Assembly (NCBI RefSeq): GCF_009914755.1
Contig: NC_060936.1
Length of the DNA: 64,000 bases
Direction: 5' to 3' (one strand)
DNA from: the human T2T-CHM13v2.0 reference genome, Homo sapiens
Position numbers and translations under genes: made by a program. The notes beneath the pieces are model-generated. The model worked only from the letters and a program-made list of their open reading frames with translations. It had not been told where the DNA came from and made no database searches. Shown here in pieces: positions 13,026 to 26,221 of the stretch; the first letter of the stretch is position 1, and each line of letters starts with the position of its first letter.

Positions 13026-13820
13026 TTTCCAGCTTCATCCATGTCCGCGCAAAGGACATGAACTCATTCTTTTTTATGGCTGCATAGTATTCCACGGTGC
13101 ATATTTGCCACATTTTCTTTATCCAGTCTATCATTGATGGGAATTTGGGTTGGTTCCAAGTCTTTGCTATTGTGAATAGTGCTGCGATAAACATACTTGT
13201 ACATGTGTCTTTATAGTAGAATGATTTATAATCCTTTGGGTATACACCCAGTAATGGGATTGCTGGGTCAAATGGTATTTCTAGTTATAGATCCTTGAGG
13301 AATTGCCACACTATCTTCCACAATGATTGAACTAATTTACACTCCCATCAATAGTGGAAAAGCATTCCTATTTCTCCACATCCTCTCCAGTATCTGTTGT
13401 TTCCTGACTTTTTAACGATCACCATTCTAACTGCTGTGACATGGTATCACATGTGGTTTTGATTTGCATTCCTCTAATGACCAGTGATGATGAGCTGTTT
13501 TTCTTATGCTTGTTGGCCATCATTCTCAGCAAACTAACACAGGAACAGAAAACCAAACACCACATGTTCTCATTCATGAGTGGGAGTTGAACAATGAGAA
13601 TATGTGAGCACAGGGAGGGGAACATCACACACCCAGGCCTGTCAGGAGATGGAAAGGAAGGGAAGGGAAGGGGCAGCATTAGGAGAAATACCTAACGTAG
13701 ATGATGGATTGATGAGTGCAGCCAACCATGATGGCACATGGATACCTATGTAACAAACCTGCATGTTTTGCACATGTATCCCAGAACTTAAAGTATAATT
13801 AAACAAAATAAAATGAAAAA
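13026..13820 (+). mobile_element. 5'-truncated, 5'-inverted L1PA (L1PA7-like)
   Basis: 13026-~13518 is antisense ORF2 3' end; ~13516-13820 is sense ORF2 end, 3'UTR and A-tail; TSD AAAGATAACA(T/C)ATTTTC at 13013-13029 and 13821-13837. Confidence 0.93.
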
Positions 13821-14634
13821 AAAGATAACACATTTTCAGTTATTACAGGAAGTTGTATAGCTATCTGGCAATCATAAATATGTTCCTGCCTTAATATGAT
13901 TAATACAGAGCAATTATAATTTTACAGTCTGTGCTACTGACAGTTTTGTTATTTGCTAATACAGATGATGCTGTCTATTGAAATGTGATTTGGGGGGCTT
14001 ATGAAGTCATGCAAGTTCCACTGCAAGCCCAATATGCATTCTGAGAGAAATTTTGTTAGTACAGTAGAGATCTGGAGTTCTTCAGCACACAGTATCTAGA
14101 GAGACTGGCCTTAGAAGGACTATATGTCTGCATATTATGTTCTCATATAGGACTTCTTTCAAAACTAGTACTCCATTGCCTCATATTTTTCCTGAGGGAT
14201 CGGAGAAAGATACTTGTGGTCAATGTCATGTCCTGCTTCCAACCCTACCTCCACTCATCAAATGGCTACCCAGTACTAAACACAGTCATTATATTTCAGG
14301 AGAAATAACACAGGAGTCTTTGCCAAAACATATAGTGTTGTGATGTGGGTTCTCTCTGTGCAGAAAACCATGTGTACCCTGTGTTTCTCACAAGCACACC
14401 AGCTTTTGAAATGAGATAGGACAAAATATCAGCTGTGAAAAATACATTCCCAACAGTCTTGAGGAAACTCTAGGCTTTCTTTAACTTTTCCCAAACAGTT
14501 TTGAGAATTCTATTTGGGTTTATTCTTAGTGTAGCATTCATAACAGTGAATTGAAATTACCCCTTTCAGTGATGTCTCCCATTATACTGTAAGCTCTTGA
14601 TTTTTTAAAGTCAATCCCTCATGAGAAAGCTCCA

Positions 14635-15410
14635 TCATCTCCATTTCAAAAATACTTCTATATCTGTCTTCCAATTGGTTCCTTCTCATCAATTCCACCA
14701 CTCCACCCCTGCTTCAAAATGTCATCATTTTTTGTTTGGATTTATAGAATAGCCACCTAAGTGGGCTTTCTGATTCTGTTCTTATCCCTCTACAGTCTAC
14801 CCTATGGAGCACACGTTCCTAAAACTTTTATATTCAAATCATGCTTCTTAATACATCTTCAAGGTAGCTTGATGATAAAGGTCAAACCCCTTACCCACTT
14901 GTTTCTCTAACATGTTTCTTTTTATTTTTCCTTTGGTTTATACACTTCAGGGAAATTGATTTTCATTCTCTTTCTGGAACATTCTACATTTATTCCTCAT
15001 GAAGGCCGTTGCTCTTGGCTACCCTTCTGCTTGGATTCTCTGCTTCCAGATCTTTGAACGGTTGCCTTGTTGTAGTCACTCAGTTCTCAGTTTCAATATC
15101 CCTCGCAGTTTAAATTCCCTCCCAGGAATGACTTTCCTGACTTTTTGGACAAAATTGCCCAACCTTCCCTAGTCACTCTTTCTTATAGCTCCTTGCTTAT
15201 TTTTTTTTTCATAGCACATTTTAGTCTCCAAAATTATATTTGGTAATATGACTTTGTCCTGTTCGTTACAATAGTCTTAGCTCTGGGACCTGTGCCTGAT
15301 TAATACTACATGCTGAATAAATATTTTTGACTGTCCGATTGATTGGCAGATAATCTGTCTTATTACCTACTCTATCTCCAGTAGCTAGCACAACAATAGA
15401 CACATTGTAA
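14635..15410 (+). mobile_element. L2 3' region, diverged
   Basis: ..tttggatttatagaatagccacctaagtgggctttctgattctgttcttatccctctacagtcta.. and terminal tgtgcctgat..tgctgaataaatattt. Confidence 0.7.
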
Positions 15411-15411
15411 G

Positions 15412-15827
15412 TATGCTAGGCTGCTTTTGCATTGCTATAAACAAATATCTGAGACTGAGTAGTTTATAAAGAAATGTGGTTTATTTTGTCTTATGATTCT
15501 ACAGACTGTGCAGGAAACATGGTGTCAACAACTGCTTCTGGTGAGGGCCTGAGAAAACTTACATTCATGGGGGAAAGCAAAAAGGGAACAGGCATATAGA
15601 TGGTAAGAGCAGGAGTAAGAGAGAAGAGGGAGTTCCCAGACTCTTAAACAACTGGATCTCATGGTAACTAACAGAGAGAGCTCACTCATCACCAAGGGGA
15701 TGACGCTAAGCCATTCCTGAGGCATCCACCCCCATGATCCAATCACCTTCCACTAGAACCCACTTCCAGCCTTAGAATTCATAGTTCAACGTGAGATTTG
15801 GAGAGGGCAAACGTGGAAACCATATCA
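15412..15827 (-). mobile_element. MSTB-like MaLR solo LTR
   Basis: ttgcattgctataaacaaatatctgagactgagtagtttataaagaaa..cccccatgatccaatcacct..gagatttggagagggc..aaaccatatca. Confidence 0.9.
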
Positions 15828-15893
15828 GCAGCAAGATAAGAAATATTCATTGATTGGATTTGTTTTTCCAAATAATTATCTCCTTGAAAATTA

Positions 15894-16358
15894 TGTGGCA
15901 TTGTTGGTTGAATTGTGTTTCCTAAAAAGATATGTTGAATTCCTAATTCTTGATGCCTGTGAATGTGACCTTATTTGGAAACAGGGTCTTTGCAGATGTA
16001 CACAAGTTAACATGAGGTCATACTTTATTGCAGTGGTTCTTAATCCAATATGACTAGTGTCCTTATAAGAAAATGAGAAGAGACATAGAGACAAACACAC
16101 AACGAGAACACTATGTGATAAAGAAGGCAGAGATTGATGTGTCTACAAGTCAAGGAATGCCAAAGACTGCTGGCAACACCAGAATTTAAGAGAGTGATAT
16201 GGAATACCATTCCATTCTCAGAGCTCTCCAGAAGGAACCAATCTGGCTGACACACTGATTTCAGACTTCTGGTCTCTAGAACTATAAGATAATAAATTTC
16301 AATTGTTTTAAGCTACCCAGTTTGTGATGCTTTATTAGGTAGGCCAGGAAACTAATAG
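15894..16358 (+). mobile_element. MLT1C-like MaLR solo LTR
   Basis: gaatgtgaccttatttggaaacagggtctttgcagatgta..caaggaatgccaaagactgctggcaacacc..aataaatttc..ggaaactaata. Confidence 0.9.
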
Positions 16359-16459
16359 ATGAGACAAAGAAAGTAAGAGAATGTCAGATTAAACTGTGAG
16401 TGCCAACTGCCTTTACCGTCATTCCCCTTATGAGATGCAAGAGAGTGCTTCACTTTTCA

Positions 16460-16648
16460 TTATTTACTATTCATGTGACTTTGGCATACTTTTTAACCTC
16501 CCTAAACCTGTTTCCTCATTTATAAAATGGGATTTATATTGCCCATCCTATAGGGTTATTGTGATATCAAGATAGTAAACTCATGCAATGCACTTAGAAC
16601 AGATTGCGATAAGTAATGAATATTCAGTAAAAAAAATGACTATTATTC
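16460..16648 (+). mobile_element. MIR SINE
   Basis: tgtgactttggc..aacctccctaaacctgtttcctcatttataaaatggg..tagggttattgtga..cacttagaacag. Confidence 0.85.
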
Positions 16649-17031
16649 TCATGCAGGGGTGAAGTAACTGTGGCTGAGAGTAAAGATTTGTGCAGTAACC
16701 ATTAGCTACATAAACTCTATATTTCACACAACCATTTATTCTTCCAGCAAACATGTATGAGTTCCAAGCATTGTATTTGTCTCATTTTGTTCCAGATGGC
16801 AGGTTGAGTTCTTTAGCAGAGTTTCTTCAGAATCTTCTCTATTCAAGGATTAATGAATCTGGAGTTAGATTTCAGCTTAATATAAACCTCCAAATAATAA
16901 AATAGGAGTTATTTCTGAATAAACTTGGATGGAGAGACTAATGAGGAAGTGACTTAACTGGAGTCTACATGGCCATTTGTCAGGAGATGTAGATGAGATT
17001 CATAGTCTGGTAAAGTAGGTACATCACTATC

Positions 17032-17438
17032 TGTAGTAAATGCTGTAATAGCTCCCCAGGGCCCCTTTTAGTGCTGAAGGACATCATACCCAAGCTGCTA
17101 AGAGTGCTTCTGGCTGTCAGTCCATTCTGGGAATTGCTTTGTTTGAAGAGAGGCCACTCACCTAAAGTCATGCCCTCTTCTTGGGGCAGTATGCATCCAA
17201 AATTGGTTCATATAGTTACAAAGATTCAATCCCTTCTCCCCTGCTAGGGTCAATAGGGGCTATCCTACTGTAGAGTTCCCCATGGGATCAGCTGAGACCT
17301 TTCCTGAGTCTGATTGAGGCCAACTTTTTCCTCTGCCCAATCCTACATCTTTCCCTTCTTCTACAGATGTTGAACCCAAGAGCACTCCTTCACATATCTG
17401 CTTCAAAGTCTTCTTCTGAGAGATCCCAACCTAAATAT
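17032..17438 (+). mobile_element. LTR16C-like (ERVL) solo LTR
   Basis: Starts tgtagtaaatgctgt; gggaattgc..gaagagag..aaagtcatgccc; ccctctgcccaatcct-like segment; ends cccaacctaa. Confidence 0.75.
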
Positions 17439-18214
17439 CGTCTGAAACCGATCAACCAACCTTCATACAACTTATTTATCTCACATGAACTTTTAGAGCC
17501 AAAATACTTGCCAGAAAGAAATTTGAAACTTTGGTTTAAATATGAATAAGATGAGACCATTTGTCCTAGAAAAAAAGCAAGTATACAGGCAATTGTCTAC
17601 AATTTATTCACATAAGAATAACACGTGAATGTATCCTCTTTTCATTGTATCACTTAACAGTAGAGCCTAAACAGTAAAATTTGCAAGTTGAAAATTATTG
17701 GTTGCTATGTTGATAGACACACTGAAATTGGATGGATAGAAAGAAATTAGAAGATGTCATAACTCTTGTTAATATCACCTTTACATTTCTGTACACATTG
17801 GTGTTTATAAAGCCTTTCATATTTTTGCTTTCATTTGGATTTTATTTTAGTGCTGACAGAGGAAGAAAAGGTATTATTTCCTTTTTAGAAATGAGAAAGT
17901 CCAGTGGAAGAGCTAAGAATCCAGGCTGGTTTTCTAAGAGCCTGTTGCTCTTTGACTCTCTCATACTGCCTAAAGCAACTGAAACTGTAGAGACAACACG
18001 TTCATTCAAAAAATAACTAGGGAATAATTAAAAGGTTTTGATGACATGGATAGACATCTGGTAGATGGTACTGACTTTGGATTTATTAGTACTGAAGGAA
18101 AGTAAGGGAACTTTTGGAAGGGAATTGAAAAACAAAAAAAGTTACCTAGGAAGTATGTGTTATTGCTGCTGTATCCAAGTATTCAAGCTAGCATCTATTT
18201 TCAGGTATTTTTGC

Positions 18215-18615
18215 TACATATTTTACAAACATTATATAAATTCATCCCCAGAACAACCTTACCAGGTGAGTGCTAATTATCATAGTGGGAGTTAGTGCTA
18301 TAATTAAGATCAAGTATTATGGAGGGCTTGCTTTAAATCCTGCCTCCATGGCTGTGTGGACCTGGGCAATAGTTGAAATCTCTAAGCATCAGGTATGTCT
18401 TCTACAAATGAAAGAATGGGTACATTATTATGCCTATTTTCTAATGTTATTGTGAAGATTAAGAGAGGTAAATCATTAAAAATGATCAGCACATATTACA
18501 AACTCAATACATGATCATAGTATCTATTTTACAGATGAAGAAGTATGGGCACAGAAAAAACTGATAACTCTCTTTAGATCCTACAGTTTGCTGGTGACAG
18601 TGGATTTTCTAGATC
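18215..18615. mobile_element. Antisense MIR interrupted by a sense MIR (~18287-18513)
   Basis: Outer halves ..gaacaaccttaccaggtgagtgctaattat | tctattttacagatgaagaa..; inner ttaaatcctgcctcc..gctgtgtggacctgggcaa..gttattgtgaagattaa. Confidence 0.6.
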
Positions 18616-19930
18616 ATCAAATCCCCTTAGCCTAACATCTCTTTTGTGACAGAATTTACCATCAGGTAATTTTCCTGACTTCTTTAAAGGAGACACAATT
18701 GTAACACATGGGAGATAATCCCAGTGACCATATTGTAAGTGGGACTCAGTTCAATAGGAAGTAGTCGATGGACCCTTGTGCTGTGAATTTCATGTCTAAC
18801 TCAGCAAAAAGCCTGCATTCTGCAGGGCCTATCTCTCCAATGATGTTCCAGGATGGGCAGCCACTGTCTTAAACTATTGATGTCACAGATATATGCAGAG
18901 GCAGGGGAAGGCTGACAGAGGAGGACAGGGTCCTTTGTGGATTGACAGATGGATTCATACTCAGGAAAGAGAGAAATCCAGTTTGCGAATGATGATTTGT
19001 TTCAGAGGTATTTCATGGCCAGTATATTCACTTTCTAGTAACCCCAGCTTTTCAGAATGGAAATGTGGTATTCAAATTAAACATTTTTAATCCTCCAAAA
19101 GCACTACCATTAAACTGATCTTAATTACCACATTTTTTATTAGGTAGAATGATCTGAAATTCTGAATCCATCATGCAAGACACGAACAGAATTGGACTGC
19201 ACACTAAAAATGTGCATACTTCAACGTTGTACATTTGCCTAGATCACCTTTAAAACAATTAAATGGTGAATATGTGACTAAATTACCACACCATGTTCTC
19301 TGTTTAATTTCAAGGTTGAAGTGTCTTACCATCACAAACGTGGGTAAAACCCTAGAATGCTAGGGGATAGAATGGGAATTAATGGCTCTTTCTGTTGTTT
19401 TGATTTGCACAAATTTGATGGCTTTGTGTAATTTGAATAATTGTAAGCTTCCAGCATGCTGATAAGGTTCACCTACATTATTCATTTGCATGAAATGCTG
19501 ATCAATTACAGCTGCTCTCAAAAAAAAAATAACCATTATTAAGTGTTCTTGCTCCCTACCATCCTACATCAGCAAAGTTTAGGTTGCTATCATCTCTTTC
19601 TACTCTGTTTTACTAGGGTATCTCATCAGTGAATGTCTATCAATCTTTTTCTTTCTGTTCTTTTTATCTTGACCTCATATGTGTTCCCACTTTTGGTCTA
19701 TTCTCATCTCACTCTTCCTATCTGACTACTCTATCTTTAACATTTATTTCAGGAAAGCCTTTAATTAACATGATCATTATTGGGAGGAGGTTGTTGATTA
19801 CATGGTTGCTGATTTACTAGCAGCAACAAAAATGCATATGTCCAAATTCACCTAGAATAAAACACAGAAAGCATTACTTTTTAAAATGGAAAAATTGATT
19901 ATCTGTCTCTGTCTTGTCCTATAAGAAAGA

Positions 19931-20562
19931 TCTGATTGTTAATTTTATGTATCAAGTTGGCTGGACAACAGTGCCTAGACATTGCCCAAGCATCATTCTA
20001 GATGTTTCTGTGAGGCTGTTCTTGGTTGAGATTAACATTTAAATTGGTAGATTTTGAGTAAAGCAGATTGCACTCCATGATGTAGGTGGACTTTTTCCAA
20101 ACAGTTGAAGGCCTGAGTGGAATAAAGACTGACTTCCTCTGAGCAGGAGGAAATTCTGCAGCAGACTGCCTTTGAACATGAACTGCAACATCAGCTCTTT
20201 CCTGCATCTTTAGCCTGATGACCTTTAGACTTGAACTGCAACATTGGCTCTCTCTGAGTCTCCAGCTTGACAGCCCCTCCATACAGATTTTGGTTGTGCC
20301 AGCCTCCATAACCTCCTTGGCCAATAGATCTCTCTATCTCTCAAATATATATATATATATATATATATGTATCTGCAGAGGCAGTGGAAGGCTGAGAAAG
20401 GAAAACAGGGTCCTTTGTGTATTCATAGATAGAATATATATATTTTTTATATTGTGTATTGATAGAATATATATATATTTTATATATTATATATGGAGAG
20501 AGAGAAAAAATATGCATGTATATATTTTGGGGGGTCTTTTCTGGAGAACACTGATTAATATA
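19931..20562 (+). mobile_element. MLT2 (ERV-L) solo LTR with expanded (TA)n region
   Basis: tgattgttaattttatgtatcaagttggctgg..gagattaacatttaaattggtag..ctggagaacactgattaata. Confidence 0.9.
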
Positions 20563-20909
20563 AAAAGTAATCAACAGAGAATAACTACATTATTTTACAT
20601 CTTGAGAAAGAGCAACTGGGGTAGCTTAAAAGTCTAAAATGTATTCCCAAAGAAGGTAATAGACATTTCATATAAAAAGTATGTGGTCAAGTAAGTTTGA
20701 GAAATGTGGAATGAAGCAAAGTTGATCATATTTTTGTTTGTTTGTTTTACAGTAGAAGTCCAGAGTCAAAAATGATCAAGATGAGCTGGGAAAACTGGGA
20801 GAATTATGGAGAGGGATCCAGTTGGGAGAATACCACATACAAAGGCAGACAGGAGTGATTAAGTATGGGAACCTGCAGTTAGTTTAGTCTCTCCAGAACC
20901 TGGACCAAG

Positions 20910-21370
20910 GGGTTAGATCATGTTCCTCCCTTTGGAACCTGTTCCAGTGGCTTTCATTGTGCTTGGGTATATCTCATCCTTCTTGCTGTGGATGATAGGA
21001 TCTTTCCCTTGTCTTCTTCTCTGACCTCTCTTCCTATTTACTTTTCTCCTTTTTGGATTGTGTTTTTCTCCTCCATCCCCCAACTGGACCCTCAAGTCCA
21101 CTCCTATCTCAGAGTCTTAGTACACCTCCATCTTGCACACTCCATCTCCATCTTGCACACTCTTTCTCCAGATCTTCTTGTTGGTTCCTTCTCATTACAC
21201 AAGTCTTCCCCTCTCAAAGAAATCTTCCCCATCTATCCCAATAGAGAGTACAACCCTCTTGTCTCTCTCTCTAATACTTTACCCTGTTTTGTTTTCTCCA
21301 TACAAGAAATCAGGAATCAGTATCTGAAGATTGTATTTATGTGTTCATTTTACTGCTTCTCATCTAAGCC
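20910..21370 (+). mobile_element. L2 fragment
   Basis: agatcatgttcctccc..ttccagtggctttcattg.. pyrimidine-rich L2 3' pattern. Confidence 0.55.
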
Positions 21371-22410
21371 CTTAAAAGCCACCTAAAATAAACTTGGTAG
21401 TTTTAAATCATTTATCAATTTATTAATCAACCAAACATTTTACTGACACCATATGAATAAGGGGCAATGTGACTGAAGGCAATTTATAAGATGCCTATGT
21501 GAAGTAAATGAAGAGAGCTTGTTAGGATGACTAAAGGTGCAGAAATCCAAACAGTGCGGCTAAAATTCAGCTAGAAATATGACCTGGGAGAGAAGTTCAG
21601 CAACAAAAATGAAAGAAGGCAAATGGAGGTGCTGGAGAGGGTGACCCAGGCCGCACCACTAGGAAAGCTGTGCTGAATAGGCTAAGCCAATAAATATGAT
21701 GGTTTTAGATCATGCAGACAGGTCCTAGACAATGGGGAGCTGGAAAGTGATGGAAAGAAGCATCAAGCAAAAGATAAAATGTGTAAAAGTATGATATCTA
21801 AAGTGCAGTACATGTAGTACCACTGGCAAGATAATTGTAAATAGTATGCAGACATACGTTTTAAGAAATTTTAGTTGAATATTTGCCAATGTGTGCTACA
21901 AAAACTCAACATATCAAAGTTATAATTTTGTGATATGTGTTAGAATCATGCTACATTTAAAAACACATACATTTAACACAAAAAGGTTGGATATATATTT
22001 TTACAGCTAATATGCACCAGAGATGTATGAAAAAAAATCCATGAAGGGGGCAAATAAAAGATAAGCTTAGAATACCGGATTAAAGAACATGAAACATATT
22101 TTGCCTTCCACACCATTTTCCTGAAAGATGTCCTTATCTCAACATATAACCAAATCAAGGCCTGGATCCCAAACCACGTTGCCTACTTCCTGTAACCTGC
22201 CATCCAAATTCTAGCACATTTCTATTCCAACTGACTCAACTTACTAGATATTTAGCTTACAGGAAGATACTTACCTCCTCTGATTCACAGCCCCCTTATT
22301 GGTAAGCACAGAATATGTTCCTGGTGAATTCAACTTCAATCCACCTACTCCCAGCTTGTCTCTGGTTTGTCACTGCCATTCCATTCATTCTACTCTCCAC
22401 GGCCTCTACT

Positions 22411-22555
22411 CAGGTCATTCTTAAGTTCCAACATCTGTCAGAATCACCTAGGAGCTTGGAAAAATGCAGCTTCCTGGACCTCACACCCGGAAATTTTGAT
22501 TCCTGTAGTCAGTGGTGGGGCCTGATAATCCACATTATGTTTCTTAAGCACAGGT
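22411..22555 (+). mobile_element. MER5A-like hAT/Charlie MITE (orientation uncertain)
   Basis: tcagaatcacctaggagcttggaaaaatgcagcttcctggacctcacacc..tgattc..gtggggcctgataatc. Confidence 0.7.
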
Positions 22556-25500
22556 CCCATGTTAGGAAGTACTCCTCAGCTGGCAGTATCAGTATGAGAG
22601 TTATTTTAAAAGGTATATAATTGTCAAGTTATTATCGTTGTTAAGTCACCTCTGAATCAGTGGTCCCTCCCTATCTCTCTATTCCTACCTAGTTCATCTC
22701 CCACTTTCTTTTTGCTTTTCATGGTGGTTTAGTCCAGCCACATATCCTAGTATTTCCAGCTCAGCTATTGAACCTTTAATCCTTTGGCTGTTTTTGTCAT
22801 TCCCTCTAACTCAGAAGACTCGTGAGAAAAGGAAAAGTCGTTACCATTGTAAAAGACACACAATGAGCTACCCAGTCCTCTTCTGACCCTGGATTGAGCA
22901 ATAACAGACACCCCTCAACCCAGGAGCTCCAGTCTATGGACTTTGTTCCCAGAGTCTGAATCAAACCCAGTTACCTCCAGATAATTATTCAGCTGCCCCT
23001 TGCAGCTGCTCTCATGGCTCATGTGCGGATAATCAGCGATGCACTGTTCAAAAAGCTAATAAGGTTAATATCTACTTTGGTTGGGGGGAGGAATAAAATG
23101 AGAGCGAAGCAGAGGAGAGCCATAATTAAGGGACTGGGGGAGTTCCTTTTTTCTTTCCCCATGACATAATCTAAAACTGATTAGGGAATCCTTGACAAGT
23201 GCAGGCTGAGCTGCTGGATTTTGAATGTTTGTTATAACGCAGCACATACAGGGCAGAGATAGCCTCTCTTCCACCTCCCCTTTGTTGGAGCATGTTCTCC
23301 CCTCCCAGAAGATCTGAGCACAAGCTCTTTATATGCACATGTATCATGCCGAGGGCTGCATAGTCACAAAACAGCCCAGGAAAACAACATCCTGCGCACA
23401 ATATGTTCATTGTTTTGATTGAGACATTGCTGTTTGAAATGCATTTATTTCTGCCTCTCGTAAATACTCCTCCGCAGTAGGAAAAAATAATACTAACAAA
23501 TGCATTGTAAATAGGCCCAGACATCTTACACTTAAATTACAGTCACGTCATCCCAGTTTTATCCCATCTTTCAATTATAGTCATTAATTGAGGATGTAAC
23601 CCAGAAACAATTACATCCATGAAATTCTAATGAGTCTCCTGTAGTTAATATAGAAAGAAAACAATGAGAAATGCATGCTGATGCTGGAGTCTAATCCAAT
23701 TCTGTCGATTAAAATAAAGAACAGCATTTTTGTAACATGTAAATCTGACTCTCTTTCTCTACCCAGTTTTCATTTCTCAGAGAATGACAGACTCTGCATA
23801 GATTTGCTTATCTAACTAGTTTATCAAACTTCCCCTTCTCAATTTTGTCCAGAACATGTCTTGAAAATTCCCAAGTGGAGAATATGTTTTGCTCAGGGAG
23901 ACATCTTTTAAATAATCTTACACTTTCATATGAAAAGTCCATTCTACTTAAGTGGGAATATACTTCATATTTTACTACAACAGAAACAATTATTTTAATT
24001 ACGATTCTGGAAGAGCACAGTGGCAGCTAAATTCTGAATCTTTCTGCTTCCCCTGGAAATAGACCAGTGAGATAATTAAAAGGAAAATAACAAAAATATC
24101 ACAAACTCCCTTTTTAGTTAAAATAGAAAACAAAGAAAACCCACAAATTTTAAATTATGTATACATGCTGCCAAAAGCAACTAAGACCAGCAGAGCCAGA
24201 CAGGAAGTCCCTAATGCAACCATGATACAGTGGCAGAAAGACGGGGGAGTGTTGACACTGCAGATGCAGGTCCCAGACACCAAGCAAAATATCCACTCTC
24301 ATATATGTGAAGGCTCCACACTGAGGGCAAACTGCTGTGAACCGTGTGGAGAGATAAATAGGAATAAGCACTAGGGGTAGAAGGAAGACTTAAAAATTAC
24401 CCAGAAAAGCTCAGAGATGATATTTTGCAAGCATCAGTAAAAATCCACTTTCTAAATAAAAGTGAATGGTTCGCATTCGCTCTGTCCCTTGGTAGAAGCA
24501 GCAAACAGAGTCAGCAGGAGACACAAGTCTGGAAGATGGAGCCCTCCAGAACCAAGTTAGGTTCTGAAAAGCAAAGGAAATGTGCCGACATGGAAATACC
24601 ACAACCATAAGGAAACACTTTGAACCCAGGGCTGATTTTCAACAGAGACTCGCTCCTGTATATTTTAATGTTTTCTTTACAATATAATGGCTGGCTGGCT
24701 GTTGTAAATTGGTCAGTTTCCCACCATACCACTGCCCATACCATTCCAGCTTGAGCTGTGAGGCAGAGAGGTCATCCTTACCCACCCTCCTCTGCCTTAT
24801 ACTCACATCCAGGGATATTCTGCTCTCATCTAAATATGAGGACAAACAAAGAAAAAGGTAAATTAAAAAAATGCAAAAATAGGATAAAACGTGAAAAATG
24901 TTGGAAAATTATAGATAAATTTTCCAACAGGAAAGGAATACACACTAAAATTATCTTACACAGCAGCTAAAATTGTAATCTAATGTTCCAATATTTTTTA
25001 AAAAATAAGAGTGAATTATTTCCAGCTATGAAGAAAAATCACAAGGCAAAAACACAAGAGTTCAAGATAACATAGTCACACAGTAAGAGGTGATGGCCAG
25101 AAAACTGAAAAAGGTAGAAAAGGAATTGGCAAAACTCATGAGAAGAAAATTACTAAATTATTCAACAATGAAAAAGAAATTCCAAGGCTTACGAGGAGAG
25201 GGATGAATGATGGCATGAAAACCATAGTAATGGCTTTGATGAAGTAAGAAAGAAGAAAAAGAAACATATAAGGGGATAGAGATAAAAATAAAATAATAGA
25301 TTTAGAAAATAGGTAAAGGAAAGGTAATTGAAGGTCCTAAAAAGGTAAAACAATGGGAGAGGATAAATGTTTCAAAATATCATTTAAAAATGGAACCAAA
25401 TGAAGATGTGAATCGATATGTAGATATGAATCTATACATTGACTCTACATATTTACTACCAAGTAAAATCAGCCACAGTCAACATCTGATGAGATTATTA

Positions 25501-26221
25501 GTCTCCAAAGATGAATAAATAATTCACTAAGTGAATTGGCAAGAACATTAGTACTCTTTGAAAAAGAGTTTAGTATCAGACTTTTTCTACCTTTTAACAC
25601 CAGAAGAAAGTGGAGCCAACACCAATATGATGTTTAAGGAAAGAAAGTGTAAGCCATAAAACAGAATCAGGGTTGGTGACCTTAATATCAGAGCAGATGA
25701 AATATAAGACCAAAAATTATTTTTAAAAACATATTTGATAAGCAGAGATTGTTATTCAAAATGAAAATATTATAATGATTCTCCAGAGATCAAATACCAT
25801 ATCTAAAAAGCTATAAGATGTATGTCTTCTTTTCAGTTGCACTATTTTAATTAATGTAAAAGCACAGGCATTTATGCTACAGTCAGGAAAAAAGTGAGGA
25901 TGTCTACGGTCACCATTACATTTAACATTATACTGAGGCTCACAGCCCACACAATTATGAAAGAGTAGAACAGTCAACAAAGTTGGAGTGGAAAATGTAA
26001 AACTCTTTGTTGATTATCTCGTAATAGAACTATACCCAAAAGAATAAAATACAAAAAAAGGGAAGTGGCAGAACTCAATAAGGTTATATGTATTTGCATC
26101 AGCAGATGTAATATACAGGAATCAGTAGTGTTCATTAAATCATAAACAGTTAGGATATAAAATGAAAGAAAGGACCCAATTCGTAAAAAGCAACAACAAA
26201 AAAAAAATCCAAGAAAAATAT

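Noticed and set aside
20988-21386. 132-aa ORF (also 49495-49968, 7568-7990, 56335-56760)
   Set aside because: These lie in L2, MaLR or Alu relics or biased-composition sequence; no homology evident.
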